This document shows, piece after piece, positions 13,700 through 28,140 of a stretch of DNA of 64,000 nt (position 1 is the first letter of the stretch; every line of letters starts with the position of its first letter). Source of the DNA: Haplodiscus bocki (lineage: Eukaryota); the NCBI GenBank assembly GCA_965655095.1, contig OZ296649.1:101060001-101124000 (forward strand). Reading direction: 5' to 3'. The notes beneath the pieces are model-generated. The model ran no database searches and was not told the DNA's origin. It saw only the letters and a list, made by a program, of their open reading frames with translations. The translations under genes and the position numbers were made by a program.

Positions 13700-14520
13700 T
13701 ACTCAATGATTTTCGAAGTTTTTTGAGACTCCAAACCTTTATAAACCTTGCAAACTGTAGATTTTGACTAGGACTCTCCAACGGATTACATTTGGCTGGA
13801 GGAAGTAGAAAATGTTCATTTCACCAAGGAAGTTATCAAAACAAAGTTCATAGAAACAGCAAGTAAGGATATTAAACATGAACAATTTCTACAATGAACA
13901 CTAACCAAATGGCTTGGAGAGGACGAAATACAGGATCATCTGATCTACGGACATCTGCTTTTATAAATTCGACACTGAGTGAATGTTTAACAGGAAGCAA
14001 TCTCTCAAAAGATTCATGACAGTATGGCAAAAAGTGTCCGGCATTTCATGTAAAGTGACTTGAAAAAGGCCGATAATAAATGTAACAGAAGGCACAAGCC
14101 GCCTGCGCGGTTGGCCAAACCTGTAGAAATTATTCACTAATTTGCGCACTCGTTGTTGGAACGTTCAATCCAGGTCACGACAAGACTAACTATAGCTTGT
14201 AGGAAAAAAGAAGGCGAAACTGATTTTCCAAAAAAATAACAACTTTTTAATGGCTCATCCTCTGAATTGCACCACAACTTGGTAACTAATACGCCCAGTC
14301 TATTTGAAAAGTTTCATCGTTGATTTTACAGGCTATTTCCAGGGCTTTCAAATATGGGCAAAGTTTACACATTAAAAATCTAACGAGCGGAGACAACTAA
14401 GCTGCTCATATTGAAGCACAAAAATCCCAAGTAAAAATAGGTGCCTCCCGGTTCAAGTCAACCCACAAAATGGTTGAGCTAAACCGAGAGGTCGTTAGAA
14501 AGGCGACTGTTTATATACAG
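13700..14520 (+). mobile_element. Possible highly decayed Ty3/gypsy pol/integrase fragment
   Basis: Weak remnants (…SQKIHDS…SDLKKADNKCNR…, NG*AK near 14470) resemble the integrase zinc finger and NGxAER motif; many stops. Confidence 0.3.
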
Positions 14521-14739
14521 CCTGATAGTTCGAATGTAAATCAGATTAGCGATTAAAACAAATGGCCGAGGAGCAACTTTTGGTTAAAACAATAATATGC
14601 ACTGTCTTTTCCAAGTGTTTGTTCCAAGCGATTGTTCGGTCATTAGATATGGTAGTTACTCGTAATTTTGAGTTCGCCCGCCGCTCGCAAAACTGAGCCC
14701 AACCTAACCAACCCTTAAGTCGGAACAAAATTTTCGAGA

Positions 14740-15780
14740 TTCTCAGGATTTTCAGAGGCTCGGAATGGCACCACCTTTCCCGGATACTACCCATTAGTAG
14801 ACTTGAGAACTATTTCCCATTTTGAATACACCTACCAGTCCAAATCACCTTACCCTCCCACTTCCATGTACCCAAGTTGCGGTCAATGCCTCACCAAAGC
14901 TAAGCCTGGATACCAACACGAGTTAGAACCGAAAACTTTTGAAAACTTCAATTTCCCAGTCTCTCGTCACCTATTTCCCTACCATCCCTAAGCTCTATAC
15001 ACAGTGGGAAAAAATCAAGGGTTTTCAAAAAAATTTAAAACCCCTCATTCCCACTGCCAAGGAATGACAATGCATCTTCCCAGATATTAACGCGTAAAAC
15101 AATTGATTTTGTTCTTGATTCAAAACTGCCAGCCACTTCCTCCACCACGTATATTTAACTGCAAGTTTTTGAATTCCATGCATTCTGAGCACATGTTGCT
15201 GGCATACAATTACTGTTTGGAACTGGAAAATATTTGCAATTAAACTTTGGCAGCCAATACAATTACTAAGCATGCCATCGCTTACTTCTGAACCTCAGAT
15301 GACAAAATCACGTTTTCACGACATTTTTTACTCTCATTTCCCAAAGCGTTGGAAAAGTTTACATGGATACTACCAAGAATCAGAATTGAAAACATTAAAT
15401 TCTGCCATTTACTACTTTGCTTAACTTATTTAACCCTTGAACCCAAAAGAGAATATGGTGATGCGTTGAAAAGTTTTGTCATTCACTTCATTCACACTGC
15501 ACCGCGGATACTTTACCGCACCTTTGCCCAGAAACAATATTTCAAAAAAACTGAAACTATCGCCCACTTTAACTTCACCCGCCCACTACCACTACTTAAC
15601 ATATCCTACCTAACCCTATTAACAAAGTTGCAGTAATCTCAAACTACTGAAAATGTTAGCGACTCCCTTCGTTATCACAGCTTGGGAAAGGCCAGGCCTT
15701 TACTGGAGTACTAGCCCGGACTTAAACTGAAAACTGCAAACCACACCAGCTTCCTAGTGATCTCGGCTACGATTTCTCCT
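14740..15780. repeat. Old degenerate satellite-like family (also at about 52870-53530 and at the end of each 2.4-kb unit)
   Basis: Recurring gatacta…gaatcagaa(a/t)tgaaaac…ccca motif. Confidence 0.5.
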
Positions 15781-18019
15781 TAGAATGAACACAAAATTCA
15801 GAGGATTGAGACAAAATGTTGTCGACTTTTTTTTCAGTTTGAGTGGTGTCACCGACTCTCTACTAGAGTATAGGGTTGCTTCTTGACCATTAGTCTGTTT
15901 TCGGAAGATTTGGCATAAAAGAATTCGAAAATTTTTGAGGTTTTCTTGTTCACACCGGGGTTTACACTTTTTTTAATAAGTATATTGAGTGGAGAACAAA
16001 AAATTAGATTTTTCAAATTTCCGCCCTCTCACCGCTATTATGAGGCTTTTTATGGTTTCCTCCATACTTTGCTGCGTTTTAAGAAAATTTTCATAATTTC
16101 CTGAAGTGTTGCACGAAACTCCTAACATCAGACTAAGTTTCTGAAACGTCAGACGAAACTCCTTATTTCGGAAGAAATCGCAAAGTCTCACGAAAAGGCG
16201 TAAAAAACAAAAAGCGAGTAAAACACAGCAAGTACTTCGCAACACCTATTTCCGAACTCCTAATAAAAACAGAGTAACCCATCAGTACTTCCAAATCCCA
16301 GTAACGAGTCATTGCCGAAGTCCTTAAAAGGTCACGTTCTGCATCTATGACATCGAGTGCCTTTGAATTCCATTTTAATGAACCCAAGTATCGCAGTTAT
16401 TCCAAGATTAGAATCGTTTGTGTTTGACGAACATAGTGTTCGAGAAAAACCGAAAACAATCGTTAGTTTAGCTAGAAAAATCGTAACCTAAGAAAAATTA
16501 ATGCTAATGAATGAACGTTACGCAGAGGCGCAGTGGAACTCGGCAACACAATGACTGTTCTGCTGAAATCAAAGACCCTGAGAAAAATTTAACACCATCC
16601 TCGGAAACCCGATTGATTTTCCGAAAGATTACTCCAGCAGTCGATCAAAAGTTTCTTTGTCCAAAAATTTAATGAGAAAAATGTTAGTCAGGGTGTCTTC
16701 TGTCAATTTATTTTTAGGTGATGCCATTTTAAAGCCCAATGTTCAAGAAATTGCATACTGTGAAACGCAAAAATGAACAAATTATATGACGCACTGCTTC
16801 ATAGAGAAGTTTTTGAGATGCCGAGAACATTATAGAACATTGTTGTTCATTTGTTCAAATCAACGTTAAGAAAACATAGCACTTGTTACAACGCGGAAAC
16901 GCACAAGTATCTGCCAAATGTCCCAAAAATGCTATTTTTGACCAATTAGAGTACACCAGACTATCGGATGACGAAAAAATTGAACAGGATATTTAACAAA
17001 CTCGAAAAAAGCAGGTTTCAAAAAACATTCTTCCTTTCAGTCAGAAAGTGTAACACAGAAGCAAAGCAAACTTCGCAACATATTGTGATTTGTCAGTTGA
17101 GATCACATATAAACAGTACATATCAAATATCCTACGAGACATTCCAAACCATGATCGGATACATGATCAACTCTTCGAAATTATATCACAGAATGTCAAT
17201 CAAAAGTTCGTTCGAAAAGAATTACGAAAACTACCTGTCTGTCTGTCGCACTGAAACATCTGACAAGCCAATCATGTCTTTTCCGATTACACTATTCTAT
17301 AGCTCAATCTATTTGAAATTTTACAACGCGAAAATGAACAAATGCCCACCGACGATATCTCATTCGAAATTTAGACACATAAAGCTTCCTTTGCGTGCCA
17401 CTTACACTTCTCTGATTCTCCTACGGATTTGCATCTCGCTCCTCTCACTCCAAAAAGGTCATTAGGTATTTATGACGAAACAACCAGTATACCAATTATT
17501 AGCTGAAATGAAAACAAAAGCTAAAATGAATCAATTTTTCGAGTTTCATAGATCTTTGATCCAAGTATTTCACAATTCTAAATTGATTTTCCCAACTTTC
17601 AAGAGCTTCACGAAGAAGAAAACAAAATAGAAGAAATCATGGGGAAAAATAAGATTATGGGATTCGCGCTCGAAAACAAGGGAAGATTAAAACAAGCTAT
17701 CAGGTAAAAAAGTGTTACGAAAACATCTCACTGAAAGACCTGGCGCAAAATAATGCCATTCCAAATAGCAAAGACGAACTACATGTTAACAAAAGTTTTT
17801 CAAACTAAGATTAGTCAAAATTGCCTCGGATTGCTATCAAATTAACAATCGAAAAAATTACAGTTGTGTTAACACTCAGGCAAAAACCGAGTTGACTGCA
17901 GGCTGAGTCGCAACCACTTCCTTTAGAGAACAATGGAAGAGAATGAAAAATGTGACTGAAAATTATTCCAAATATAAGTTTCTGCAGTAGCGTACTGACA
18001 TTTACAATTTTGATTGACA

Positions 18020-18475
18020 TTTATGGCGGATAATCGAGAAGATTGCGTTTTACAACGCTTCACTATTTGCTTTTATGCCGGATATTCAATTGGCGATTAA
18101 TCGATTGGTGAATAGCACAGCTTTACAAAAATTGATGCTTCCGGCGGATAATCGAGAGGCGGTTAATCGAGAACACTGAATTTTATGTTATACTATTTAC
18201 CTTTATACCAGGTATTCGAGTGGCCGTTAATCGAGAGTGCAGAATTTCACATCTTTATAACATTGAGGCTTCGGGCGGATAAGTTTGTGTTGGTTAATCG
18301 AGAGTGCTGATTTTTAAATAATAGAACTGCACAATCTTGATGATAAACAGGTGAAAGTGAATCGGGAAGTAATTTTACAACATCACTTTTTTGACAGTTA
18401 TGGCGGATAATCGAGTGGCGTTTAATAGAGTTCGGAAGTTTACAATTTTGAAGTTTTTGGCGGATAATCAGAAGT
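18020..18475. repeat. Degenerate short-period repeat (ggcggataatcgaga / ggttaatcgaga)
   Basis: At least 8 copies of the motif within 450 bp. Confidence 0.7.
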
Positions 18476-18700
18476 TAAGTTTACATGTAACTGAATACAT
18501 TTAGGTTTACACGTGATTTTTTCGTGTAGCAACATCAACAGTGCTACATGTAAAAAGTTAACTTTATATAAAGCAAGTTACAATTTGGATGTTACAAATC
18601 ATCGAATTAAATGTCTGAAAGAAGGCCAAGACATGTCCCTCTAATATCGAATACCTTCGGCTTCGATATTAAAAATGGTCATAAATACAATTAAACTGAC

Positions 18701-18878
18701 TTGCAAGAGAAGAAAACATCTCGAATGTGCTGGCGGTTCTCAAAGACATAATTTGGCCAGCCATACGCAGCACTTGCGAACTTGAAGAAATGCATCACTC
18801 TGTTTGCGTGTCGTTGAGGAAGCTGCTTTTCTAACGCAAAGCGGTGAGCTTCGTCAAAAAACCTGGTTGCTTCTCCCT
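18701..18878 (-). CDS. DAGL: DAGL coding exon 4 (absent from the ORF track)
   Basis: Acceptor tttgtttag. My translation is GEATRFFDEAHRFALEKQLPQRHANRVMHFFKFASAAYGWPNYVFENRQHIRDVFFSC, which contains the DAGL FAxAAYGWP motif. Donor GTCAGT, phase 2. Confidence 0.88.
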
Positions 18879-19171
18879 CTAAACAAACTTCAACTTCAAG
18901 GTTTTATCAACCTCTGCGCTTTTTTAGTAAAAGTTCAGAGATCAGGAGATGTCTTATCTTACTATTACAGCTGAGAATTTAATTTACTGCTAAGTTTTTA
19001 GTGCAAAACTAAACCAATTGAAGACTCAATCTTATTCATATTTTACACTACACGGATAACTGCTCTTGACTTGACTCATTCGGCGTTTCATGCGATGCCC
19101 TTCACTGAAACACCGCTCTCAACCAAAAATGTATTCAACACAGAAAAAAATTATAGCACAAACTGTCTCAC

Positions 19172-19369
19172 TTTGTTTTTCACTGAGTAAGATGAAGGCA
19201 GCCATGACGTCACTAAAGACCAACTCATTGTGTCTGAGCTCCTCTTGAAACAATCTGGCGACATCTTCAAATTCTTCGTACTTAGAGTAGCGACACATCA
19301 ACATTTTCAAAAGGTACATACGGATCTTCCAAATTTTCCAAGAATGTACCGGATAATCTTCACTATCAC
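19172..19369 (-). CDS. DAGL: DAGL coding exon 3
   Basis: Acceptor tttctgttcag, phase 1, compatible with exon 2 (T|GT = Cys). Encodes WKIRMYLLK...FEDVARLFQEELRHNELVFSDVMAAFILLSEKQ (family: AxLFxxxFxDxDxVPSDIxAGLxLL). Donor GTGAGA. Confidence 0.88.
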
Positions 19370-19574
19370 CTGAACAGAAAAAAACTAATCTGAGAAAGTT
19401 TACGGGTTAAAAAGGAGGGATACGTATAGACGTCCACCAACAGCTTTTGCACAAACTCTGATAGCTCTTCCTGATATAGATACTACTTTTTGTAACAAAT
19501 TATACTACTATTTTCCGTCTTGATATATTACGAAAGGAAAATCTTCGAAAATCTTTCGAAATATTACGAAAGAA

Positions 19575-20780
19575 AAAACTCAGTATGTAAACTTTTTTCT
19601 CTCGTTTGCCAATTCTGGCTTGGTCAACTGTCGATCAACTTTTACCACTGCTTCGAGCATTTGTAGAGAGTAGTAGAGAAAAATGCGGATTTTTGAGCCT
19701 TGCTCTAAAATCTACTTTTTGGGTACTAATACCTCTCTCAAAAACACACCAAACAAAACTCAAATACCCCCGCAAGCAATAAAATAACGTCATGATTTAG
19801 TATATCAACTCTTTTACTTTTACCTACAGAATCACTCCAAAAACAAAAAAAGAATAACGTCATATTTTCACCTACAAAAATTTGAAAGCTGTTTAAGATA
19901 AATGCATATACACGTTTATTGTTAAGTATATACTTTTTCGCTGCATAAGAAAAATTACATCCTGTTCAAGACAAAACGCATACACACACGCTTCATACCA
20001 GAGGTAAAATAGATCATTTTTCACAACGCTTTATGCCGGGGTATTTTGCATCATAATTTAGCTACACGAAAAAAACTTTACTGGCCAACTTTATTTAGCA
20101 TTCCTGGTAAAGAACGTAATTTAATACGCTTTTGTACAGATTCTCTAGCATACCATCTTATACCCTTCCCGATGGATTAGGCCACTGAATCTGAGCTAAT
20201 GCACAATGACTGTCTGCTAGTGAGACGGGGGATAAGCTGACTAAGGCTTTTAGTTGACATTAACCAGTCAAAATACAATAATTTACAAAAGACCAGTATG
20301 ACATGTGTGATTAAAGCTAATAATAACAGCTTTCTATTTTTTTCATCGATTTAGGTGGAAATATAGCTTGTTTAGTAATCAGTAGAGATATACCAGCGAA
20401 TTAAAACCTATATATTTAAGATTTGTTTTCACTCTTTTAACCCGGAGATTTTTGAAATGCATAAATTATAAAATTATAAAAACAACATTGCATGTAAATT
20501 TATACATGGATTTTTTTACATTTTTCACTTTCTATAGCACAGTGGTAAGGACAATGAAGTTTTTTAAAAAAAATATCGGCTGAAGACACATTTCGGCAAT
20601 CGAACATTTTTCACGTCAACAGCCCAAAAGCTTCGCAAAAATACTGGCGAAAAAGCAAGAGCTTATGTTTCCCGTCAAAATCTTCAACTCAGAAAGTAAA
20701 CATTTTTCTCCGCTCGTTTGCCAATTTTGGCTGCGTCAACTGTCGTTCAATGTTTACTACTGCTTGGAGCATTGGTAGTG
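19575..20780. repeat. Pair of diverged direct repeats of about 95 bp (19575-19670 and 20685-20780)
   Basis: aactcag…gtaaac…ctcgtttgccaatt.tggct..gtcaactgtcg.tcaa…actgctt.gagcatt.gtag in both copies. Confidence 0.7.
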
Positions 20781-22200
20781 GCAATCTGAATAAAATACAT
20801 CTAAATAAAAGAGTTATTATGTGGGATGGCAAAAAGGTTCCAGACACTGGTCAAAAATTGTCCACTCAATTCCAAAAAAAATTGAAAATTTGAAATTTAC
20901 TTCATTTTTTTTCGTCCAAAATGTTCCTATGGACACAGAGGAAGCAGTTTCGAGAACACCAGCCATAAAAATTTCCCTCAAACTCCAAAAAATTTATATT
21001 TTTTTTTCACAGAAAAATTTCAAATAAAATGTTCCTTGGGATAAGTAAAAACTAGTTTTGAAACACCCGTTTTCATCTAAAACTGTTTTTTTTTCTGAGC
21101 AAGCAGCAAGCCTCCAGGCACCCTAGGGTGCATCTGTTTTTTCTTGAAGTTTTCAGCAGTTTAATTTTTGAGCGATTTCTGACCCATCTTCGACGAAAAT
21201 ATCGCAGACCTGCTGCGCCTGTTCCAATTATAGCCCATGATACACTAGGTTGCCAAACTACGACACACAACCCAAACTTTATACAGGAAATTGAAAGAAC
21301 TATTCGAAAAATTAACCAGATTCACCACGTAACATGAACTTCATTAAATATTTCAAAAACAACTTCATTGAACTCAACTCCCATTAATAAACTGAATTTA
21401 TAAAAAAAATCCATAAACTAAAATTCGTTCGGGAATCAGAAGCTTCGGCAAATAAAACAACATTTACCGATACGACATTTTGGTTATTCAAGACTTTGCT
21501 ATAGTAATGGTTTTGGGTAACCGTAGGATTTTCTAGAAGCTCTCATGAGTATGCCCACGGTGTATATCACTCGTTCCAAAAACAATGGAGTTTTGGTCAG
21601 TTATTTATGACTGAATATTCACAACATATCAATCTTCTGCTGTCGTCAAAAATCAGCCCGAAGTTACAATTCTGGCGATTTAAAGCGCTTCTCTTAAGCA
21701 TTCTAAGGCCTCTTTGACACCAAGCCGCTTTGATTCAAGTAAAAGACAAATGTCCAGAGGTCTTCAAGTTTCCAGAGCTCCATAATATAATTTCAAAATG
21801 AAAGTTTCTATCCCAAGTTTTTACTCCTTAAATTGATTTCAAAAATCACCTTAGCTCATCCTTATAAGTAACTACTCTAAATTTGAAAAAAAGGATGAAT
21901 TGAAAACTATCTAGGGGTTTTCACACCCTCAAACCTTTCGAGACTACATGTAGTTACTAGGCTGCGTCTAGTTCTCTTTGAGTGACGCAATACAAGCTAC
22001 ATTGCTATCGACTTTCTGTGTTGTTTTCCACTATACAACATCAATTGTATAAAGTTGCTCATTCTTTATCGTGTAATGGTTTGTAAGCTTCATTGAAACA
22101 TTGAACTTTGTTTTCCCAATTTGTCAGGGGTTTCCGAAAACGAACAGCAAGAATTTTTTCCTACGAAAGAGACAATCAACTGAGGCTACTGAGTTTATCT

Positions 22201-22270
22201 TCTTTCCTTCTTCGAAGAACCCTGATACCTGACTTCATCTTCTTTCCTTCTTCGAAGAACCCTGATACCT
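22201..22270. repeat. 30-bp direct duplication
   Basis: tctttccttcttcgaagaaccctgatacct x2. Confidence 0.85.
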
Positions 22271-23014
22271 ATAAGCATTCAATTCACTGCTTATCGATTG
22301 CGACGGACTATAGATATTTGAAAACTTTTGAATGGGAATTATCAATAGACGAGAAGAAAGCCATGAAGACACTTCCCAATTCAAAACCAATCTTTAAGCT
22401 ACAGAAACCAGAATTCGAGTCCATTCTTTTGCATTTTTTGTTCCATTGGAAGCAAAAGGACGGGCGACGCGGTATGTAGCATACGTAGCTCATGTAAATG
22501 CAAAAGGTAGGATTGGTATTGGGGAGAAAATTGGGTACACCCGTCAACTAGCGGAGCAAGCAGCAGAACCAGAGGTTATCAAGAATCTTCCCATACCAAT
22601 CAAATTGGAAACTGGGCTAGAAGTGAACTGCGAAAAACGAAGATAAATGTTGAACCATCCAAGAAAAAAATGGATTTTGCCTGTGAACCTCTTTTTCAAA
22701 CTCTCTCAAAACTCAGTGGTCTTGAATTTTGTCAAGTTGTAGGTTAGGATAACAGTGTGAAATTTGCTCACGCTTTCGGTAAAAGTCTACTAAAATTGAA
22801 ACAACTTAATTGATTGATCTTTGACACGGAAGTAAAAAGAAAAGATGAATAGGGTGTCGGTTTTGGCGGGATATGGATGGTGCAAAGATCGCTGATTGGA
22901 TTAACCTGATCGCTAGTTCTAATCATTCAATTTTGCGCCTCGAATGAGGTGATCGCCCTTTTCTCGTAACTAAGGACGTATAAAGCCACAGAAGGATGCA
23001 TGAGTGGGTGGACG

Positions 23015-23066
23015 AATGGATGGATAGATAGATAGAAAGAAAGAAACAAAGATAGATAGATAGATT
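23015..23066. repeat. GATG/GATA/GAAA microsatellite
   Basis: ggatggatagatagatagaaagaaagaaacaaagatagatagatagat. Confidence 0.8.
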
Positions 23067-23609
23067 GAAGTCACATACATCTCTTAGAATCCGTCACCCG
23101 CAGCACGCATCTCAGGCATCTATATAGTGAAAGATTAATGGAATATACCTCATGAAGGCATACAGATTTGGACTACCAGACTAATTTGGCCTGAAGCAGG
23201 CATTTAAAAAGCCAAAAACTAATCAAATATACCTGAAATAAAAAAACACATTTGGGTTCTTAGACAGTTTTGACGTACTATAGATATTCATTTGGTGAAA
23301 AAATGAACCGTTTTTTACAGGATATCGTTGTACATTTGTCTTTCTTTTCGCATGAAGCAGCTTATCTTTGCTCTTTTCTATTAGTTCTTGCTTCCGCCAA
23401 TGAGATTTCACCGCAAGCGTGAAGCTAGAAGGTATCTAAAGCAATTCAAATGACTTGAAAGAGAATCAGGCAGGCTCTTAGAATACGACAAGGCAAAGTG
23501 GAACAAAAGCATAGCAAAGTTCTTCAGCAAGGATTATCTGTGAAATCAAAGCAGGATAGCATAACACAACTCTCGTACCAAATCGAAGGGAAGCAAATGG
23601 TATGAAAGG

Positions 23610-24180
23610 TCATTCGCTATCACTATCGAGTAGGAGATGTCTCCTTTTTGTGTTTTTGATAGTGTTGACAAATTCATCATCACTAAACCAAATGTTCATG
23701 TCAATGAGATGTTCCAAGTCTTCGATAGCATTTTCTTCCTCCTGTGTAAAAACGGCCAGTACTTGACAGTCTGCATTTGATGATTCTCCAGCTTGACTGT
23801 CTTCGTTTTCTACTTCTGTTGCTTCCACCACTTCATCATTGATGAATTGGTTCCTTTGGGAACTCTTCAGCGAAGGGAGCATTCAAGTCCACAATATCCT
23901 CGTCTAGGTTGGAGTCCGAGTAGCTTCTTTGATTAAATCCAAGATCGGCGGTGACAACGCCTGCATTAGTTGTTTCAAGGAAATCGGCTTCCGGGTTGTT
24001 TGTCATTTCAGTGTTTATTGGAGGGCTGGGTGCTGAATCTTATGCATTTTGTTGCCGATAAAAATATGAGAGACGGTACGTAGCGGCTCATATCCAACGA
24101 GTTGATCTCACCTGAGGCTTGCTGTTTCCTCTTCAACTTCCCATTCGAGATCATTTATTAAGTTCTGAGGAACTGCATCA
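23610..24180 (-). pseudogene. Acidic ORF remnant or tail downstream of pPolB
   Basis: D/E-rich frames (FINDEVVEATEVENEDSQ…LDSDSE; DLGFNQRSYSDSNLDEDIVD) directly after the pPolB C-terminal motif, same strand. Confidence 0.4.
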
Positions 24181-27100
24181 TCGCGTATTAGGCAGTGGCC
24201 ATGGGGTAAAACCGAAATTCTATCCTCGAGAATAAATCTCTTGCAATCGAAAAAATTCAGTGATAATTTTGCTGCGACAATAGTTTAGAGCTGATGTCGA
24301 TGTGAACCCATTCTGATGTTGCTGGTTCTCAAAGGGTTGCCGCTTTCATATACTTTCCCGTAGAGGCTGTGTGTAAGTTGCTGCTGGATATACTTGCGAA
24401 CCCCTTTCGCTATTTGCCTTTGCTTATTACTGGTTAGAAGGGAAGAGATTTCGGGTTTTAATCCGATGAATCCCTAATCGATGAGCCAGCGGCTCATTCT
24501 TGAACTTGAGTGTAACCAATTTGTTTTCTGTGCCACGGATTTTATGATCCTTGGGGTAAATTGAAGTATCGAAATGCTTACGCAGCTCCAAGTTATTCGC
24601 GAGTTCCGCAAGAGAATCAGTAAGTTTGACTTCGTATAGCAACGACTCCGTGTCAGAAAACAAGAAATGACAATTGAGACGCTTCATGACGTTATAATGG
24701 AACCGGAAAATATAAAAATTGAAAGGTCCAGAACGCATGCTCCGACACTAGCGGGCTTGTTCAACAGAATACAGAATGCGTGTGGACCGAAACAATACTG
24801 CTGCTAGGTTTTGGCCAAATATCATACAGTTACAAAGGGGCGCAACATCACTCCTCTGGAGCAGTTGCTCTCTGCTAATCACAAGTTTGAGTGTCATGCG
24901 ATTCCTCTGGCTCTCCATTGTTTTATCGCAGCATCTGTTAAGTTTGAAATTTTCTTCAAACTTGTTCTGTGACTGCTGCTGAATGTCAGTACTCACCTGA
25001 ATAGAAAGTCACAATAAAAATGCCTGCTTGGAATTGAGCACTCGGTGAATTGTTTTGATTTCTAGTGCAAGGATTGTCATAAAGCTTAAATTTAATGTAG
25101 TAAAGTGTATAAGTTACATTGTTTAAAAAAGATTGCATCAGCTTCCTGCCTACACTTAGCTCACGTTCTTCCCATATTTTTGCAATCAATTTTCTTCTGC
25201 CTCTGTGAAACTACAAGAGTTTATACTTTTAGTGAGAGCAAGAGGGAAGTGTTGATGTCCGTCATGCAGAATATCAGGATATCCCAAGTCAACTTTTGAA
25301 ATGTATCCGACCTCTGATTCATTTGGTGTTTGTAATATAGTGTCCGATCTATAGTTCTGGACGGTCTCAGAGATTTTCGATAGAAAAAAATTCTCCATGC
25401 TACCTCCATAAACTGTTTGCGTCCCATCGGACCCCATGCGTGTCATACTAACCGCAATCATGAATGGTAACAAATCTGTTGTTGGGGCGGAGAAATCTAT
25501 TGCCGAAAACAGATGCCACAAAACCGCGAATCATATTTTCCACCAATTCCGGATGCTCCCTTTCTGTTAGCAGCTCAATCGAAGCCAGACACATTTTACG
25601 GAAGGCATCACCGGACAATGCCAACAAGTAAAGTAATGGGTGCTATCGAGGCCGTAGATATTGTAGCACAACCTTTTGAATCTCACCAAAACACATGGCA
25701 GAATCAGTGTGTCGGTTTTTAGATACAAACCGTTATACTCTTCCAAATTTTGACACTCGAATCGCTCAAACACATTTTTCAACATGCTACGCCACTGAGT
25801 TTCTGTTACCCAACGCTCACCATTGCGCAAAAGAATTTTTCCATTCTTCTCTTTTCGGTAGCTCCATTCCTTCAAACTTCTCAAAGTCATCAATATAGGA
25901 ACAAGGGTAGAACCCTTTTGGCCACAATAGGTCTTTTTCTGTATTGTAACGGGAGAAACAGTAGTCCAAAATCTTAAACTTAGCTTGCGTGAAGTTTTGC
26001 CAGTTGATCAAGTGAGTAAAGCATGAACCGGTGGGAGTCCATGAAGCGCAAGTACTCGTAAACTGTATTTGTGACACCTTTTTTGTCGGTGTAAGTTCTG
26101 ACGGGCACACCTATAAATAGACTGATGTATTCTTAATCTGTGGATGGAAAAATTTTGGAGCCTGGATTAAATTTGTCAAAAGAGAGACCTGGGTGATGGA
26201 TGTCATAGTTGGATAAGTTGTGGGCAGACTAGAGTAAGAATTATTATTCTCCACTTAAGGTTATCTTCTGGATGCGCGAATCCCAAAAAATCGACCGAAG
26301 ATGACCATGATTATTTTCTTCTTCATCAGAATCCAAAAACAATTGCTGCTCACAAATCCAACAAATTTGAGCCGAGACTGGTCTTTCCAGTATACCATAT
26401 CTATGATCGCAGTTCCATTGGTTTTGTTTCTTTTCATGTAACTCAGCAGGAAGTTTTTGGGGTGCTTCAACAAACTTTACCATACAGTCTTCTGAGCGGT
26501 ACACTTCCGAAAATACAGGCTATTGTTTACCCTCCTCCGCTGCCACGATGCAGACACTGATGGGGCCATGAATTTCTTTGACAGATTTGCTTTCGCGTGG
26601 GTTAATAGAAACAGCCGCTGGCTGAACGAGAGACTGCAAGTCAGAGTAAACTACAATAGAAAACTAACGTGATGCCAGACTTTTTAAATCGAGTCTATTT
26701 TTTTTTGTGAATTTTGGCATTTTGATTTTGCGGGTTCATGGTTTAAACAACTCCCGATCACTGTGATGTGTCTCGATTCATGCGACCATCAAAACAGTTG
26801 TGACAACAACCTAGCTACTAATTTCACACCTTTTACTAAGGCCACAAGTCTAAGTAAGGTCCGTGATTAAAATATAAAGATCCTCTTGGTCATAGTCTAC
26901 TAGCAATAAGTCCACTCCGAGATCATTTTCTGGCTCTTTCGATACTCCCATGGGTACAAGTCGTTTATCCATGTAGCGGAAAAGATTTACCTGGCAGTTG
27001 CATTTGACCAAATCAAAGCATTTCAGCAAATCTAAGCTTTTGACACAACCCGATCGGCGTGTCAATCTCTCATCGCTTCAAGCGCTAGGGGATTCCGAAT

Positions 27101-28140
27101 CCATTGAGTCCCGATTTTTTCGAATTCGGTGACTGTCGGGGTTTCCAACTTAGAACATTGGTCTATACTTCCAGTGCTAGGGTGCAGTGAAGCAGTAAAG
27201 AAGAGCAGCATTAAGTGCGAGGCCTCGAATACTGGCGGTGTTGGTAGAAATAATGAACCTATTAGGTCAAATGTGGGAAACTTGATATCAAACTCTACTA
27301 TGCGGTCCAACAACCAATCAATTCCAGACTCTGTGGACATGATTTGGGTATTTAGCATTTTGTCTACGATGGCCAAAACTCTGACTGTGAGAGACTGGTT
27401 CCATATACGGGCTGCATGTTAGATCGTAGGAAAAGTGATATAACTTCCGTAGAAAATCGTTTTCATTAGATCAAGGAAAAGTGTCCATCCGGAGTGTCCC
27501 ATTGAAACCTGACGCTATTGGCACTGTTCGGTCTCGCACGGGATCTTTTGGAGGAGGTAGACTACGTTTCTCATCAAGGTGTTGGTAGACTTCCCGAGTT
27601 GTCGAATCCCAATCTACATTAAATGCATGATTTTTCCATCATCGTTTGGTGCTTCTTCTTCAAGCGTTCAGCCACGAGTTCCACCGAAAGTGCAATTTCG
27701 TTGCGATTTGCGCAGTCCATTAGTCAAAACTACGCAGGAACTTAGTGCACGTTCCTTCGGCGATCCTTAAAACTGTTTTCTTTAGTTAAGTTTTTGTTGC
27801 AAACATCGCAAGTCTTCATTTTGAATCTTTGATCGATTGGAAAAGCTAGATCCAAACTCCGAAAGATTGAATTCTTTTTGGTTGAATTTTAGGTTTTCAT
27901 TCTCTGTGAACCACGGATTTTCTAATTGGACAAAACTCGCTAGTTTCAATCACATACTGCATGAGCGCGATACAAAAAATTCAATTTATATAGGTTTCCG
28001 CTTGCACAAAGAGCCCCAGCTTTTGCATCAGAGTGAGACAAAAACTTGCGTTTTGTATGAACGCGGTATCAACTTTCAGCAGGTTCACACGGGAATCAGG
28101 TCAAATGTGATGTTTTTCCCCGAGATTTGTTTATGGTCAT
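24180..28140 (-). pseudogene. Protein-primed family B DNA polymerase (pPolB), frameshifted
   Basis: In order: VYSDLQS (ExoI-like), YRSEDCMVKFVE, CWICEQ, AHNLSNYDIH (ExoII), KGFYPCSYID, LYLKTDTLIL (ExoIII), KLNRCCDKTMESQRNR (motif B), FSDTES (DTDS), HFDTSIYPKDH…NKLVTLKFKNE, FDCKRFILEDRISVLPHGH. Confidence 0.92.

Noticed and set aside
16968-17465. 165-aa plus-strand ORF (likewise 10670-11005, 22108-22479 and 54773-55153)
   Set aside because: No domain similarity; they lie in degenerate repeat DNA, antisense within DAGL introns.
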